A DNA stretch of 64,000 nucleotides from contig JBFWJS010000001.1 in assembly GCA_050253075.1 (NCBI GenBank), forward strand, positions 32,001 to 96,000. The letters run 5' to 3'. The position numbers were made by a program, and so were the translations under genes. The notes under the pieces were generated by a model. The model had not been told where the DNA came from. It saw only the letters and a program-made list of their open reading frames with translations, and made no database searches. Below, piece by piece: positions 44,756 through 54,977 of this stretch. Numbering within the stretch: the first letter of the stretch is position 1; every line of letters begins with the position of its first letter. The DNA comes from Deferribacterales bacterium. Lineage in GTDB: Bacteria > Chrysiogenota > Deferribacteres > Deferribacterales > Geovibrionaceae.

Positions 44756-47398
44756 ATGTTAAACAACATTAGCGCAAAGAATAAAACAATGGCCTTTGTT
44801 ACGGTTCTGCTTATGGCATTTTCCGCCATACTCATGTGGACCATATATACCGACCAGAAAGAGAAGCTGCTCGCCATGGAAAGCAGCTACTACGACAATA
44901 TCAAAAACTCATACGAAAAAGTGATCGAAAGACACAAAGAATTCTATACAAACAGAGCAAAAGCAAACATCACGTCAGAAGGCATAATCGAAGCCGTTAA
45001 AAACAAAGACAGAGAATCACTCATGCGCCTTTCACAGGGGCGGTGGAGCACTCTCCGCAGGGAAAACGAATACCTGAAAGTGATGCACTTCCATGCGGCA
45101 GACGGCACATCAATAGTGCGCATGCATAAGCCCGACATGTACGGCGACAGGGTGGCAGACATACGCCCTATGATAGCTAAAGTGCACAGGGATAAAGAGC
45201 CTCTCTACGGATTCGAAGGCGGTTTATTCTACCTAGCCTACCGCACTATTATGCCTATCTACGACGGCAATGAATATGTCGGTGCGCTGGAGTTCGGCTC
45301 CCGTCCGGACGTCATACTCAGCGAGATGAAGTATTATAACAACCTCTCCGGTGCGCTCTTCATCTCGAATCAGAAGCTGACCCTTTACAAAGAGAACAGA
45401 GACTTCAACATAGGCGACTATACTCTGCAGTACTCTAATATGATAGAACCACGCCTCCTGCGAAACCTGAAAGAGGACGGCTATGCATTCCAGAACTTCT
45501 ATCACATTCATTTATACGGCGAGGCGTACAACATATATTCGCTCGATATGAAAAACTACGAAGGCGAAATAGTCGGCAAGACCATACTCGTACACGACAT
45601 GACAGCCATGGAAAAGAATTTTCAGCACGGGATGAAAAGGCTCGGCGGGTTCCTCATCGCTTTGCTTGTCATGCTGCTCCTGGTGATAAACCTCGGCTTT
45701 AAAAAGATAATATCCACACTGGATAAGACAAACAAAGACCTGAATAACAACAGGCAGTTCCTGCATCTGATACTGGACAATACAGCCCACGCCGTCATAG
45801 CCACAAAGCCCGACGGAACGATCACCCTCTTTAACAAACGAGCAGAAGCCATGCTCGGCTATGCCGAAGAAGAGATGGTGGGGAAAACAACTCCGCTGAA
45901 ATTTCATAAATCCGAAGAGCTTATATCCAGAGCTAAAGCCATGAGCATAGAGCTCGGACGTGAGGTCACGCCTGATTTCGACATTATAAAAACAAGTGCC
46001 GAGGAAGAGACCGACGACGAGTGGACATATGTATCCAGAGACGGATACGAATTCCCCGTCAGCCTCAGCATATCCCCTATGGAGGATGAGAACGGCGAGA
46101 TCACAGGCTATGTGGGCATATCCGAAGACATCTGTCTGAAAAAGATAATGGAATCAAAACTGATAAAGCAGAAGGACGAGCTCGAAGCTATATTCCACAC
46201 ATCCAGAGACGGCATAGCCATAATGGATCTGGAAACAAACTTCGTGTTCTTTAACAGCTCCTACGAGCGCCTCACGGGATACACTGCATCAGAGCTGAAA
46301 AAGCTGAGCTGCCTCGACCTGACCCACCCTGACGATGTGGAAACATCAAAAGAGGCCGTGGCAGAGATATACGAGACAGGCTTCCTCGAAAACTTTGAAA
46401 AAAGATGCCTGCGCAAAGACGGCAGAATACTCAATGTAAGCATGACATTCGTACTGATGCCTGATAAGAAGCACTTCCTCACCACCACAAACGACATAAC
46501 CGCAGCCAAAAAGGCTGAAAAACAGCTTAACGAATACATGGAGCTTCTGGATAAACACACAATAGCCTCCACAGTGGACATAAACGGCGACTTCACCTAT
46601 GTTTCTCAGGGATTAAGCGATGTTTCAGGATATTCCAAAACTGAACTTCTGGGGAAAAATCACCGTATGCTCCGCCACCCTGACATCACCGAAGAATTCA
46701 TACAGCACGTGCTGGACACCATCCACGCAGGGCGTGTCTGGATAGGCGAGCTGAAAAACATCACAAAAGAAGGTAAGACATACTGGACAGACGCATACCT
46801 CTCGGCGATACTCAGCGAAGAGGGTGAAATAGTCGGCTATACCTCTATATCCCACGACATCACCGACAAAAAACGCATTGAGCAGATATCCGTGACAGAC
46901 GGACTGACAGGCATCTTCAACCGCAGGCACTTCAACGATATGTTCCCTAAATACGTCAATTCGGCAAAACGTCAGAACAGCCTGATGAACTTCATCATAT
47001 TCGACATAGACCACTTTAAGCAGTACAACGACCACTACGGGCACCAGATGGGTGATGAAGCACTGATAAAAGTTGCAAAAGCTCTGCAGGCATCCGTACA
47101 GCGTGCAGACGACATCTGCTTCCGACTTGGCGGAGAGGAATTCGGCGTACTTTATAAAACAAAGACAGTTCAGGACGCCATAGACATAGCAGAGCGCATC
47201 CGCAAAGACATCGAAAACACGGCTATCCCCCACGCACACAGCGCAACGGCCGACGTTGTCACCGTATCCGTAGGTCTGATATGCAGTGTTGCCGAAGATA
47301 TCGAATGCACCGACAAGCTATACGCCGAAGCAGACAAACTGCTCTATGCCGCCAAAGACAGAGGCAGAAACCGCGTAGAATTCAGCACTCCATATTAA
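44756..47398 (+). CDS. Cache-PAS-PAS-PAS-GGDEF diguanylate cyclase
   Basis: Two TM helices around a Cache-like domain (VRMHKP...GD), three PAS/PAC, DGLTGIFNRR, RLGGEEF, I-site RADD. Confidence 0.9.
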   Translation: MLNNISAKNKTMAFVTVLLMAFSAILMWTIYTDQKEKLLAMESSYYDNIKNSYEKVIERHKEFYTNRAKANITSEGIIEAVKNKDRESLMRLSQGRWSTLRRENEYLKVMHFHAADGTSIVRMHKPDMYGDRVADIRPMIAKVHRDKEPLYGFEGGLFYLAYRTIMPIYDGNEYVGALEFGSRPDVILSEMKYYNNLSGALFISNQKLTLYKENRDFNIGDYTLQYSNMIEPRLLRNLKEDGYAFQNFYHIHLYGEAYNIYSLDMKNYEGEIVGKTILVHDMTAMEKNFQHGMKRLGGFLIALLVMLLLVINLGFKKIISTLDKTNKDLNNNRQFLHLILDNTAHAVIATKPDGTITLFNKRAEAMLGYAEEEMVGKTTPLKFHKSEELISRAKAMSIELGREVTPDFDIIKTSAEEETDDEWTYVSRDGYEFPVSLSISPMEDENGEITGYVGISEDICLKKIMESKLIKQKDELEAIFHTSRDGIAIMDLETNFVFFNSSYERLTGYTASELKKLSCLDLTHPDDVETSKEAVAEIYETGFLENFEKRCLRKDGRILNVSMTFVLMPDKKHFLTTTNDITAAKKAEKQLNEYMELLDKHTIASTVDINGDFTYVSQGLSDVSGYSKTELLGKNHRMLRHPDITEEFIQHVLDTIHAGRVWIGELKNITKEGKTYWTDAYLSAILSEEGEIVGYTSISHDITDKKRIEQISVTDGLTGIFNRRHFNDMFPKYVNSAKRQNSLMNFIIFDIDHFKQYNDHYGHQMGDEALIKVAKALQASVQRADDICFRLGGEEFGVLYKTKTVQDAIDIAERIRKDIENTAIPHAHSATADVVTVSVGLICSVAEDIECTDKLYAEADKLLYAAKDRGRNRVEFSTPY

Positions 47399-47435
47399 TT
47401 TTATCCCTATGCTCTAAGCACTTACAACTCTTCTA

Positions 47436-47463
47436 TTGAATTAGTACTAACTAGTACTATATT
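47436..47463 (+). promoter_or_regulatory. Promoter with embedded palindromic operator, probably for the MarR regulator
   Basis: TTGAAT-N16-TATATT with two TAGTACTA palindromes (47442-47449, 47452-47459) in the spacer. Confidence 0.6.
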
Positions 47464-47481
47464 TAACATCGGAGGCTGACA

Positions 47482-47940
47482 ATGAGAAAAGAACGAATTT
47501 CATACGGCGAACAGGCAGACATGTCTATGAGAACATGGATAGAGATATCCAGAGCTTTCATCGCCATCAGACATAAAGAGACGGAATACTTTGAGTCTAA
47601 AGGGCTCACGATGCACCAGTTCGCCGTGATGGAGGCTCTGTACCATGTTGGGCCGCTGTCCATAGGCGAGCTGACAAAGCTGATACTCTCCACACCGGGG
47701 AGCATGACCGTGATAATCAAAAATCTGAAAAAGAAAGGATACATAGAGCCTAATCAGCAGGAAGCAGACAAGAGGAAGATCATTCTGAAGCTGACAGAAA
47801 CAGGTCAGAAGCTGATCGCCGACGTATTTCCCAAACATGCGGAAAATATGGCGGGCTACTTCAGCCGTCTGAACGCAGACGAGCAGAAGACACTGCAGGA
47901 GCTCATGCGGAAACTTTCCAAAGCAAACAGGAGCATATAA
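47482..47940 (+). CDS. MarR-family regulator (MhqR-like)
   Basis: GLTMHQFAVMEALYHVGPL, NLKKKGYI, DKR, LTETG. Confidence 0.9.
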   Translation: MRKERISYGEQADMSMRTWIEISRAFIAIRHKETEYFESKGLTMHQFAVMEALYHVGPLSIGELTKLILSTPGSMTVIIKNLKKKGYIEPNQQEADKRKIILKLTETGQKLIADVFPKHAENMAGYFSRLNADEQKTLQELMRKLSKANRSI

Positions 47941-48641
47941 TGAAAACAAATATACACAGATCAGAAGAAAGAGGCAAAGGCGACCACGGCTGGCTTAAGT
48001 CCAGCTTCAGCTACAGCTTCGCCGATTATTACAACCCCGAACGGATGGGCTTTGGCGCACTCCGTGTCGTCAACGACGACGACATCGCAAAGGGGAGCGG
48101 ATTCCCCATGCACCCCCATGCAAATATGGAGATAGTGACAGTCGTCCTCGAGGGCGAACTGGAGCATAAAGACAGTATGGGCAACGGCTCTGTGATCTCC
48201 GCAGGCGAGGTTCAGCGGATGAGCGCAGGAAGAGGCATCAGGCACTCAGAGTGGAATCCATCGGAGACAAACTCCGTAAAGCTCTTCCAGATATGGATAC
48301 ACACCAGAGACAAAGACATCACCCCCGAATACGACCAGACAGCCGTAGACTATCAGGGGCGTAAGGGCGAGCTGATAACCCTCGTCTCAGGCGATGCAGA
48401 CGAAGAAGGGATGACATTTCATCAGGACGCATGGATGAAAAGGGGCATAATCTCCGAAAAAACTGAATATAAACTGCACGACAAAGCAAACGGACTGTTC
48501 ATCATGATAGTAAAAGGGAGCGCAGAGGCTGCGGGCGAACTGCTGAACGAAAGGGACAGCATAGAGATAACCGGGGCAGACAGCGTGACCATATCGCCAA
48601 AGGGCGAGGCAGATATTCTGCTGATAGAAGTGCCTTTATAA
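47940..48641 (+). CDS. Pirin-family protein (YhhW-like)
   Basis: FSFA-like YSFADYY, GFGALRVVNDD, HPHANMEI, HKDSMGN, MSAGRGIRHSE. Confidence 0.93.
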   Translation: MKTNIHRSEERGKGDHGWLKSSFSYSFADYYNPERMGFGALRVVNDDDIAKGSGFPMHPHANMEIVTVVLEGELEHKDSMGNGSVISAGEVQRMSAGRGIRHSEWNPSETNSVKLFQIWIHTRDKDITPEYDQTAVDYQGRKGELITLVSGDADEEGMTFHQDAWMKRGIISEKTEYKLHDKANGLFIMIVKGSAEAAGELLNERDSIEITGADSVTISPKGEADILLIEVPL

Positions 48642-48650
48642 AACAGATAA

Positions 48651-48711
48651 GTCATTCTGAGTGAGCGAAGAATCTGATATTTACAGCTCCTTCGATATCG
48701 CTCAGGATGGC
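48651..48711 (-). repeat. Palindromic REP-like element, copy 2 (inverted relative to 356-438)
   Basis: Reverse complement shares atcctgag, cgaagga, tatcagattcttcgctc and ctcagaatgac with copy 1. Confidence 0.75.
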
Positions 48712-48847
48712 TTTTATTTATCCTTTTTATCCATTCTAAATGTCATTTTTTCAAAACTTGTAAACCCAACTGTATTATGCTAGAAACTTATTTAGTTTAT
48801 TGTTAAACACAATAATCTGTATTAAAAATTTCATTCAGGAGAGATCC

Positions 48848-50149
48848 ATGAGCAAATCGGCTTTTGATCTTAACGGAACTCCTCCTCTGAAAGAGGCCGT
48901 TCCATTAGGTCTTCAGCATGTTCTTGCTATGTTCGTGGGGAATATCACCCCGATCATCATCATAGCAGGCGTCCTGAAGATCCCTATGGAGGAAAAAACT
49001 TTCCTCATCCAGTGCGCAATGTTCGCATCAGGCATCTCGACCCTCGTACAGGCATATCCGATCGGCCCGATAGGGGCTAGGCTCCCCATCGTACAGGGTA
49101 CCAGCTTCGGATTCGTACCTACATCCATAGCAATAGGCAAGGCTCACGGTCTTTCCGGCATACTCGGAGCAGCGCTCATCGGCGGTATCGTAGAGATATT
49201 CCTCGGCGCATTCCTCAGACCTCTGAGAAAGCTCTTCCCCCCTGTTGTGACAGGTACAGTACTGCTGTCTATAGGACTTTCCCTCCTTCCTGTGGGTATA
49301 AACTACCTCGCAGGCGGGGTAAAAGCTCCCGACTTCGGCTCTGCGAGCAACCTTGCTCTCGGATTCATCGTACTGATAACGATACTGTTCTGCAAACAGT
49401 TCACCAAAGGAATGACAAGCGTATCCTCCATCCTGATAGGTATAGTGGTGGGATATGTCGCGGCATTCTTCATGGGTAAGCTGAACTTCGCAGGTGTGGC
49501 AAGCGCATCATACTTCAGCTTTCCTTCGCCTTTCCACTACGGCTTTGCGTTCCACTGGGATGCGATAATAGCCATGTGCCTTATGTATGTGGTGACAACA
49601 GTCGAAACAGTGGGCGACATCAGCGGTGTCACAATGGGCGGTATGAACCGTGAAGCAACAGACAAAGAGCTCGCAGGCGGTGTCATAGCCGACGGTGTGG
49701 GCAGTATGTTTGCGGCATGTTTCAACGCACTGCCGAACACATCATTCAGCCAGAACGTGGGCATAGTAGCCCTCACAAAGGTGACAAGCAGATATGTAGT
49801 AGCTGTCGGAGCGGTCATCCTCGTTGTCAGCGGTCTCGTGCCTAAATTCGGCGCGATATTCGCCATGATACCAAACAGCGTGCTCGGCGGAGCGATGGTC
49901 ATCGTATTCTCCATGATAGCCGTCAGCGGTATGACACTCATCACAAAAGAGAAAATGTGCAGCAAAAACAGCATCATCGTTGCCGTTGCACTCGGTCTCG
50001 GCTTCGGTCTCGGCTCTGTGCCCGAGGCTCTTAAAATATTCCCCGAAGGGGTAAAGATGATATTCGGCGGTTCGGGTATCGTTGTCACAGGTATCATAGC
50101 ACTCGTTATGAACCTCATAATTCCTGCGGAAAAAACAGAAGACAAGTAA
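48848..50149 (+). CDS. NCS2/NAT nucleobase (xanthine/uric acid-type) permease
   Basis: LGLQHVLAMF, FPPVVTG, ETVGD, ADG, NAT signature SFSQNVGIVALTKV, VLGGA; AGGAG RBS before ATG 48848. Confidence 0.93.
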   Translation: MSKSAFDLNGTPPLKEAVPLGLQHVLAMFVGNITPIIIIAGVLKIPMEEKTFLIQCAMFASGISTLVQAYPIGPIGARLPIVQGTSFGFVPTSIAIGKAHGLSGILGAALIGGIVEIFLGAFLRPLRKLFPPVVTGTVLLSIGLSLLPVGINYLAGGVKAPDFGSASNLALGFIVLITILFCKQFTKGMTSVSSILIGIVVGYVAAFFMGKLNFAGVASASYFSFPSPFHYGFAFHWDAIIAMCLMYVVTTVETVGDISGVTMGGMNREATDKELAGGVIADGVGSMFAACFNALPNTSFSQNVGIVALTKVTSRYVVAVGAVILVVSGLVPKFGAIFAMIPNSVLGGAMVIVFSMIAVSGMTLITKEKMCSKNSIIVAVALGLGFGLGSVPEALKIFPEGVKMIFGGSGIVVTGIIALVMNLIIPAEKTEDK

Positions 50150-50157
50150 ATAACATA

Positions 50158-50190
50158 AAGCCCCTGTCCGTGTGGCGGGGGCTTCTCTTA
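50158..50190 (+). terminator. Intrinsic terminator
   Basis: aagcccctgtc / ggcgggggctt followed by ctctta. Confidence 0.65.
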
Positions 50191-50219
50191 TTGCCTCAAT
50201 CCTCCTTTCGATATATTAT
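50191..50219 (+). promoter_or_regulatory. Sigma70-type promoter for the molybdenum hydroxylase operon
   Basis: TTGCCT-N17-TATTAT. Confidence 0.5.
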
Positions 50220-50251
50220 AAAATTTCCCACAAAATTTACGGATATTAATT

Positions 50252-51040
50252 ATGATGATGAACATTGAAAAATATGTCCGTGTCTCCTCCCTGAAAGAGG
50301 CGCACGGCATACTGAAAAGCGAGAAAGGCGCATGTGTCCTCGGCGGATGCGGCTACCTCCGTATGGGTCGGAAGAAGATCACCACGGCGATAGACCTCAC
50401 AGACCTCGGGCTCTCTTATATCAGAGAGACATCAAACGCCATAGACATCGGCGCTATGACGCCTCTGCGTGACATAGAGACCAGTACCCTGCTGGAAGAA
50501 ACATTCGGCTCTGCCCTGCGTGTATGCACAGAAGGCATTGTCGGCATACAGCTCAGGAATGTCGTCACCATAGGCGGTACGGTAGCGGGGAGATATCCGT
50601 TCTCTGACGTTATCCCCGTGCTGATGGCTCTGGGTGCGAGGGTGCACATATCCGAAAGCGAGACAATGGACATCGAAAAATATATGGAAGCAAAATCCGT
50701 AGAAGGAATAATCACAAAGATATCTATACCGAAAGACGGACAGGTGGCGCACTTCACCTCTGTCAGAAATTCTGAGACAGACTATGCCGTGCTCAACTGC
50801 GCAGTATCACTGAAACAGGGGGAATACTCGATATTTGTCGGGGCCCGCCCGCAGAGATCAGTGCGTGCAGTCGAAGCGGAAAAGATAATAAACAGCGGAC
50901 GCAGCCTCGAGCAGGCAGGCGCAGCAGCAGCGGAAGAGCTGACCTTCGGAGATAATACCCGAGGCTCGGCGGCATACCGCAAGGCACTGTGCAAAACACT
51001 GGTCAAGCGTGCCATAGAGGGGGTTATCCATGCAATTTAA
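50252..51040 (+). CDS. Xanthine dehydrogenase-family FAD-binding subunit
   Basis: VLGG, IGAMTPL, QLRNVVTIGG, SD, RGSAAYR. Confidence 0.9.
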   Translation: MMMNIEKYVRVSSLKEAHGILKSEKGACVLGGCGYLRMGRKKITTAIDLTDLGLSYIRETSNAIDIGAMTPLRDIETSTLLEETFGSALRVCTEGIVGIQLRNVVTIGGTVAGRYPFSDVIPVLMALGARVHISESETMDIEKYMEAKSVEGIITKISIPKDGQVAHFTSVRNSETDYAVLNCAVSLKQGEYSIFVGARPQRSVRAVEAEKIINSGRSLEQAGAAAAEELTFGDNTRGSAAYRKALCKTLVKRAIEGVIHAI

Positions 51041-51482
51041 CGTAAGGATAAACGGACGTGAACAAACCCTCATATGCGAAGCGGGCGAACAGCTCAGCAC
51101 CGTGCTCCGCAGATACGGATACATCGGGCTGAAAGAAGGCTGCGACACAGGCTCTTGCGGTCTGTGCACCGTATGGCTGGACGAACGCCCCGTTCTCTCC
51201 TGCTGTATACCTGCTGCCCGTGCAGACGGACGTGACATCACCACCATCGAAGGCGTACAGGCGGAAGCAGAGGAATTCGCAAAATATATGGTGGCAGAGG
51301 GCGCAGAGCAGTGCGGATACTGCTCACCCGGATACACCATGACGGTGCTCGCACTTAAACGTGAGCTCACCGACCCCACAGACGAAGAGATCCGCCATTA
51401 CCTCTCGGGCAATCTGTGCAGATGCTCGGGATACGAAGGGCAGGTGCGTGCCGTGAGAAACTATCTGGAGGCCTCGAAATGA
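51030..51482 (+). CDS. Xanthine dehydrogenase-family 2x[2Fe-2S] subunit
   Basis: GCDTGSCGLCTV, QCGYCSPG, GNLCRCSGY. Confidence 0.93.
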   Translation: MQFNVRINGREQTLICEAGEQLSTVLRRYGYIGLKEGCDTGSCGLCTVWLDERPVLSCCIPAARADGRDITTIEGVQAEAEEFAKYMVAEGAEQCGYCSPGYTMTVLALKRELTDPTDEEIRHYLSGNLCRCSGYEGQVRAVRNYLEASK

Positions 51483-53767
51483 AATACATAGGCAAACAGA
51501 TACCGAAGATTGACGGCATAGAGCTGGTAAAGGGAACCCCCGCATACACCAGCGACCTCGACACGAACAACAATGCACTGACAATAAAGATACTCCGTTC
51601 GCCACATCCGTCGGCACGGATAAAGGATATAGACACCGCACAGGCAGAAGCCCTCTCCGGCGTGGAATGCGTGCTGACGTATAAGAATGTCACAGACGTT
51701 AAATTCACCCTCGCAGGGCAGTCATACCCCGAACCCTCACCATACGACAGGAGTCTGCTTTCAGACACCCTAAGGTACGTGGGCGACGAGGTGGCGATTG
51801 TCGCCGCAGTGGATGAAAAGACCGCTTTGAAAGCTCTGGAGCTGATAAAGGTGGAGTATGAAGTGCTCGAGCCGGTGCTCGACCTAGATACCGCCGTGGA
51901 TAACAAAAACCGTGTGCACGACTGCAATGTCTACGTCAACTTTGACATAGGCAACGACCCGAAGCGGAACATAGCCTCCACCACATACACCGAGCAGGGT
52001 GATGTGGAAGCCGAGCTGAAAAAGTGCGACATAGTGATAGAAAAAACATACCGCACACAGGCACAGGCGCATGCAATGATGGAGACATACAGGGCAACAG
52101 CCTCCATAGACGTGAACGGCAGGCTGAACGTCATGAGCTCCACACAGATCCCTTTCCATGTGCGCAGACACCTTTCAAGGATACTAGACATACCTAAGAG
52201 TATGATAAAGATAATAAAACCCCGCCTCGGCGGAGGATTCGGCGGAAAGCAGACCGCCAGCGTGGAAATGTTCCCCGCTGTGGTCACATGGCTGACGAAA
52301 AAGCCGTCGAAGATAGTCTATTCCCGCCATGAGACATTCGCCACCACCACCAGCAGGCACGCAATGCGCCTAGATGTACGCCTCGGTTCGGACAAGGATG
52401 GAAACATTCAGGTGGTGGACATCCACTCACTCTCCGACACGGGCGCATACGGCGAACACGCCCCGACAGTTTTCTACGTAGTAGGTAAGAAGACTCTGCC
52501 TTTGTATAAGTCATCGAAGGCATGCAGATACTACGGTCACGCCGTCTATACCAACAAGATGCCCGCAGGGGCTCTCCGTGGCTACGGCGCAACACAGGGG
52601 ACATTCGCACTGGAATCTGCCATGAACGAGCTGGCGGACAAACTGGGCATGGATCCCGCAGAACTCAGGCTGAAGAACCTGCTGAAAGAAGGGGACTTCC
52701 ACCCTGAGCTGGACGGCTCCGCACCAGATGCACCCGCACAGCTTAAAAGCTCTGCACTGCATAAATGCATCGAAACAGGCAAAAAGATGATCGGATGGGA
52801 AGATAAGTACCCGTCCGTAAAGATAAGCGACACAAAGGTGAGAGGCTACGGCATGGCTGTGACCATGCAGGGCTCAGGCATCGCAAAGATAGACACGGCA
52901 ACAGTGATAATAAAGCTGAACGACGACGGATACTTCACACTCATCCACTCCGCATCGGACATGGGGCAGGGCTCCGACACGGTGCTGACACAGATAGCAG
53001 CCGAAGGTCTCCTCGTGGATATGAAGAAGATAGTCACCGTATCCGACAACCTAGACATAGCACCATACGACCCGGGCGCATACGCATCGAGCGGTACATA
53101 TGTCACGGGTAATGCAGTGGTGAAAGCATGCGAAGACATGAACCATCAGATAATAGACGCAGCGGCCAGACTGTTAGACTGCGAGTCAGACACCCTCGCC
53201 TATGACGGCACAAAGATATTCAACGACGAAAAATCCATAACGCTGGACGAGCTCGCCATAAAGCTCAGCTCATTTGCAGGGAAAGACCAGCTGATAGCCA
53301 GAGGTACTTTCGGCGGGGAGACCTCCCCTCCTCCTTTCATAGCTGGATTCGCCGAGGTGGAGGTAGACCTCGAGACAGGCAAGAGCGTCGTGACAGACTT
53401 TGTCGCCGTGGCGGACTGCGGCACAGTGATAAATGAAAACCTCGCCCGCATACAGCTGGAGGGCGGTATAGCCATGGGGATAGGACTCGGGCTGTACGAA
53501 GATGTAGTCTACTCCCAGACGGGGCGTATGGTATCCGACAGCTTCATGACGTATAAGATACCGTGCAGAAAGGACATCAGGCAGATACGCACCGCATTCG
53601 AAGAGAGCAATGAACCCACAGGCCCCTACGGTGCAAAATCCATCGGCGAGGTGGTAAACAACACCCCCGCACCTGCCATAGCACACGCAATATACAACGC
53701 CACAGGCGTATGGCATCACGACCTGCCTATCACCCCCGAAAAGGTTCTGCTGGGGATGCTGAAGTGA
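51479..53767 (+). CDS. Xanthine dehydrogenase-family molybdopterin-binding subunit
   Basis: RSPHPSARI, HAMME, STQIP, LGGGFGGKQ, LRGYGATQ, DMGQG, YASSGT, GAKSIGE; GGAGG RBS and ATGA overlap give start 51479. Confidence 0.93.
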   Translation: MKYIGKQIPKIDGIELVKGTPAYTSDLDTNNNALTIKILRSPHPSARIKDIDTAQAEALSGVECVLTYKNVTDVKFTLAGQSYPEPSPYDRSLLSDTLRYVGDEVAIVAAVDEKTALKALELIKVEYEVLEPVLDLDTAVDNKNRVHDCNVYVNFDIGNDPKRNIASTTYTEQGDVEAELKKCDIVIEKTYRTQAQAHAMMETYRATASIDVNGRLNVMSSTQIPFHVRRHLSRILDIPKSMIKIIKPRLGGGFGGKQTASVEMFPAVVTWLTKKPSKIVYSRHETFATTTSRHAMRLDVRLGSDKDGNIQVVDIHSLSDTGAYGEHAPTVFYVVGKKTLPLYKSSKACRYYGHAVYTNKMPAGALRGYGATQGTFALESAMNELADKLGMDPAELRLKNLLKEGDFHPELDGSAPDAPAQLKSSALHKCIETGKKMIGWEDKYPSVKISDTKVRGYGMAVTMQGSGIAKIDTATVIIKLNDDGYFTLIHSASDMGQGSDTVLTQIAAEGLLVDMKKIVTVSDNLDIAPYDPGAYASSGTYVTGNAVVKACEDMNHQIIDAAARLLDCESDTLAYDGTKIFNDEKSITLDELAIKLSSFAGKDQLIARGTFGGETSPPPFIAGFAEVEVDLETGKSVVTDFVAVADCGTVINENLARIQLEGGIAMGIGLGLYEDVVYSQTGRMVSDSFMTYKIPCRKDIRQIRTAFEESNEPTGPYGAKSIGEVVNNTPAPAIAHAIYNATGVWHHDLPITPEKVLLGMLK

Positions 53768-54411
53768 TATTCGACATATTAAAAGGCGATGTGGTCGCCA
53801 TTGTCGGCGCAGGGGGAAAGACCAGCCTGATGAAGTATCTGGCGGAACGGATAACCACAGCAGGGATGAAACCTCTGATAAGCACCACCACACGACTAGG
53901 GAAGCATCAGATAAACGACGAATACGACTATCTGGTACAGATAAAAGATAACAAAGCACTCGCCCCCGACATGGGCGAGCTGAAAGATAAAATGACATCC
54001 TATGACATAACCCTCCTCGAAGCCGACGGAGCGGCGTGTAAACAGCTGAAAGGATGGCGTGAGGACGAGCCTGTCATACCCGACTTTGCCACTGTGACCA
54101 TCGGCGTGGTGGACATCAGCATGGTCGGACAGACCGCCACAGAGGAAAACATACACAGGCACGAGCTCTTCACCGCACTCACAGGGGTACAGATGGGTGA
54201 AAGAGTCACCGTGCAGGCGATAGCGAGGCTCGTAAATCACAAGAACGGCATATTCAGACACTCGGCACACACCGCAAACCATCTCTTCTGCGCAAAGGCT
54301 GAAACACCCGAACAGATGGCAAACGCAACAAGGCTGAAACCTATGTTAAGGGAAGGGATGAGGCTGTATTCGGGCAGTGCCCGGAAAGGCTCGGTGCTGG
54401 AGCTGAGATGA
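53764..54411 (+). CDS. yqeC: Selenium cofactor biosynthesis protein YqeC
   Basis: AIVGAGGKTSL, STTTR, LLEADGA...LKG...EPVIP; GTGA overlap. Confidence 0.88.
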   Translation: MIFDILKGDVVAIVGAGGKTSLMKYLAERITTAGMKPLISTTTRLGKHQINDEYDYLVQIKDNKALAPDMGELKDKMTSYDITLLEADGAACKQLKGWREDEPVIPDFATVTIGVVDISMVGQTATEENIHRHELFTALTGVQMGERVTVQAIARLVNHKNGIFRHSAHTANHLFCAKAETPEQMANATRLKPMLREGMRLYSGSARKGSVLELR

Positions 54412-54977
54412 ACATCGCAGCCGTTATAATGGCGGCAGGGTCATCCCGCAGGATGGGGCAGAACAAGCTGCTTATGGACATCAAAGGGGAAACACTGCTG
54501 AACAGATTCCTTACTAATTTCCCCAAAGATATATTTTATAAAACAGTACTCGTATATGCAGACGACGAGGTCGGCCATACAGCCGAGTCCCACGGCATAT
54601 CCGTCATAAAAAATACTCCGGGCAGTGTGAAGAACACCACCATAAAGCTGGGCACAGAGGCGTGCAAAGACGCCGACGGCATAGCATTCTTCACCGCTGA
54701 CCAGCCATTCACAAAGATAGGCACTGTGCTGAACATGGTACTGGCGTATAAAGGGGTTAATATCGTCGTCCCAACATGTGAGGGGCGCAGGCGAAACCCT
54801 GTCATATTCCCCCCTGAAACATACGAAGACCTCATGACGCTGAAAGGCGACAGGGGCGGGCGTGACGTCATGGACAGATACCCGCAGCTATGCACGGAGG
54901 TGGTCTTCACCGATGCCGTACAGTTCACAGACATAGACACTCAGGAGGATGCGGAATATGCAAAAAACCTCCTGTGA
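54408..54977 (+). CDS. mocA: Molybdenum cofactor cytidylyltransferase (MocA/YgfJ family)
   Basis: MAAGSSRRMGQNKLL, DQP, NPVIF, LKGDRGGR, DIDT. Confidence 0.85.
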   Translation: MNIAAVIMAAGSSRRMGQNKLLMDIKGETLLNRFLTNFPKDIFYKTVLVYADDEVGHTAESHGISVIKNTPGSVKNTTIKLGTEACKDADGIAFFTADQPFTKIGTVLNMVLAYKGVNIVVPTCEGRRRNPVIFPPETYEDLMTLKGDRGGRDVMDRYPQLCTEVVFTDAVQFTDIDTQEDAEYAKNLL

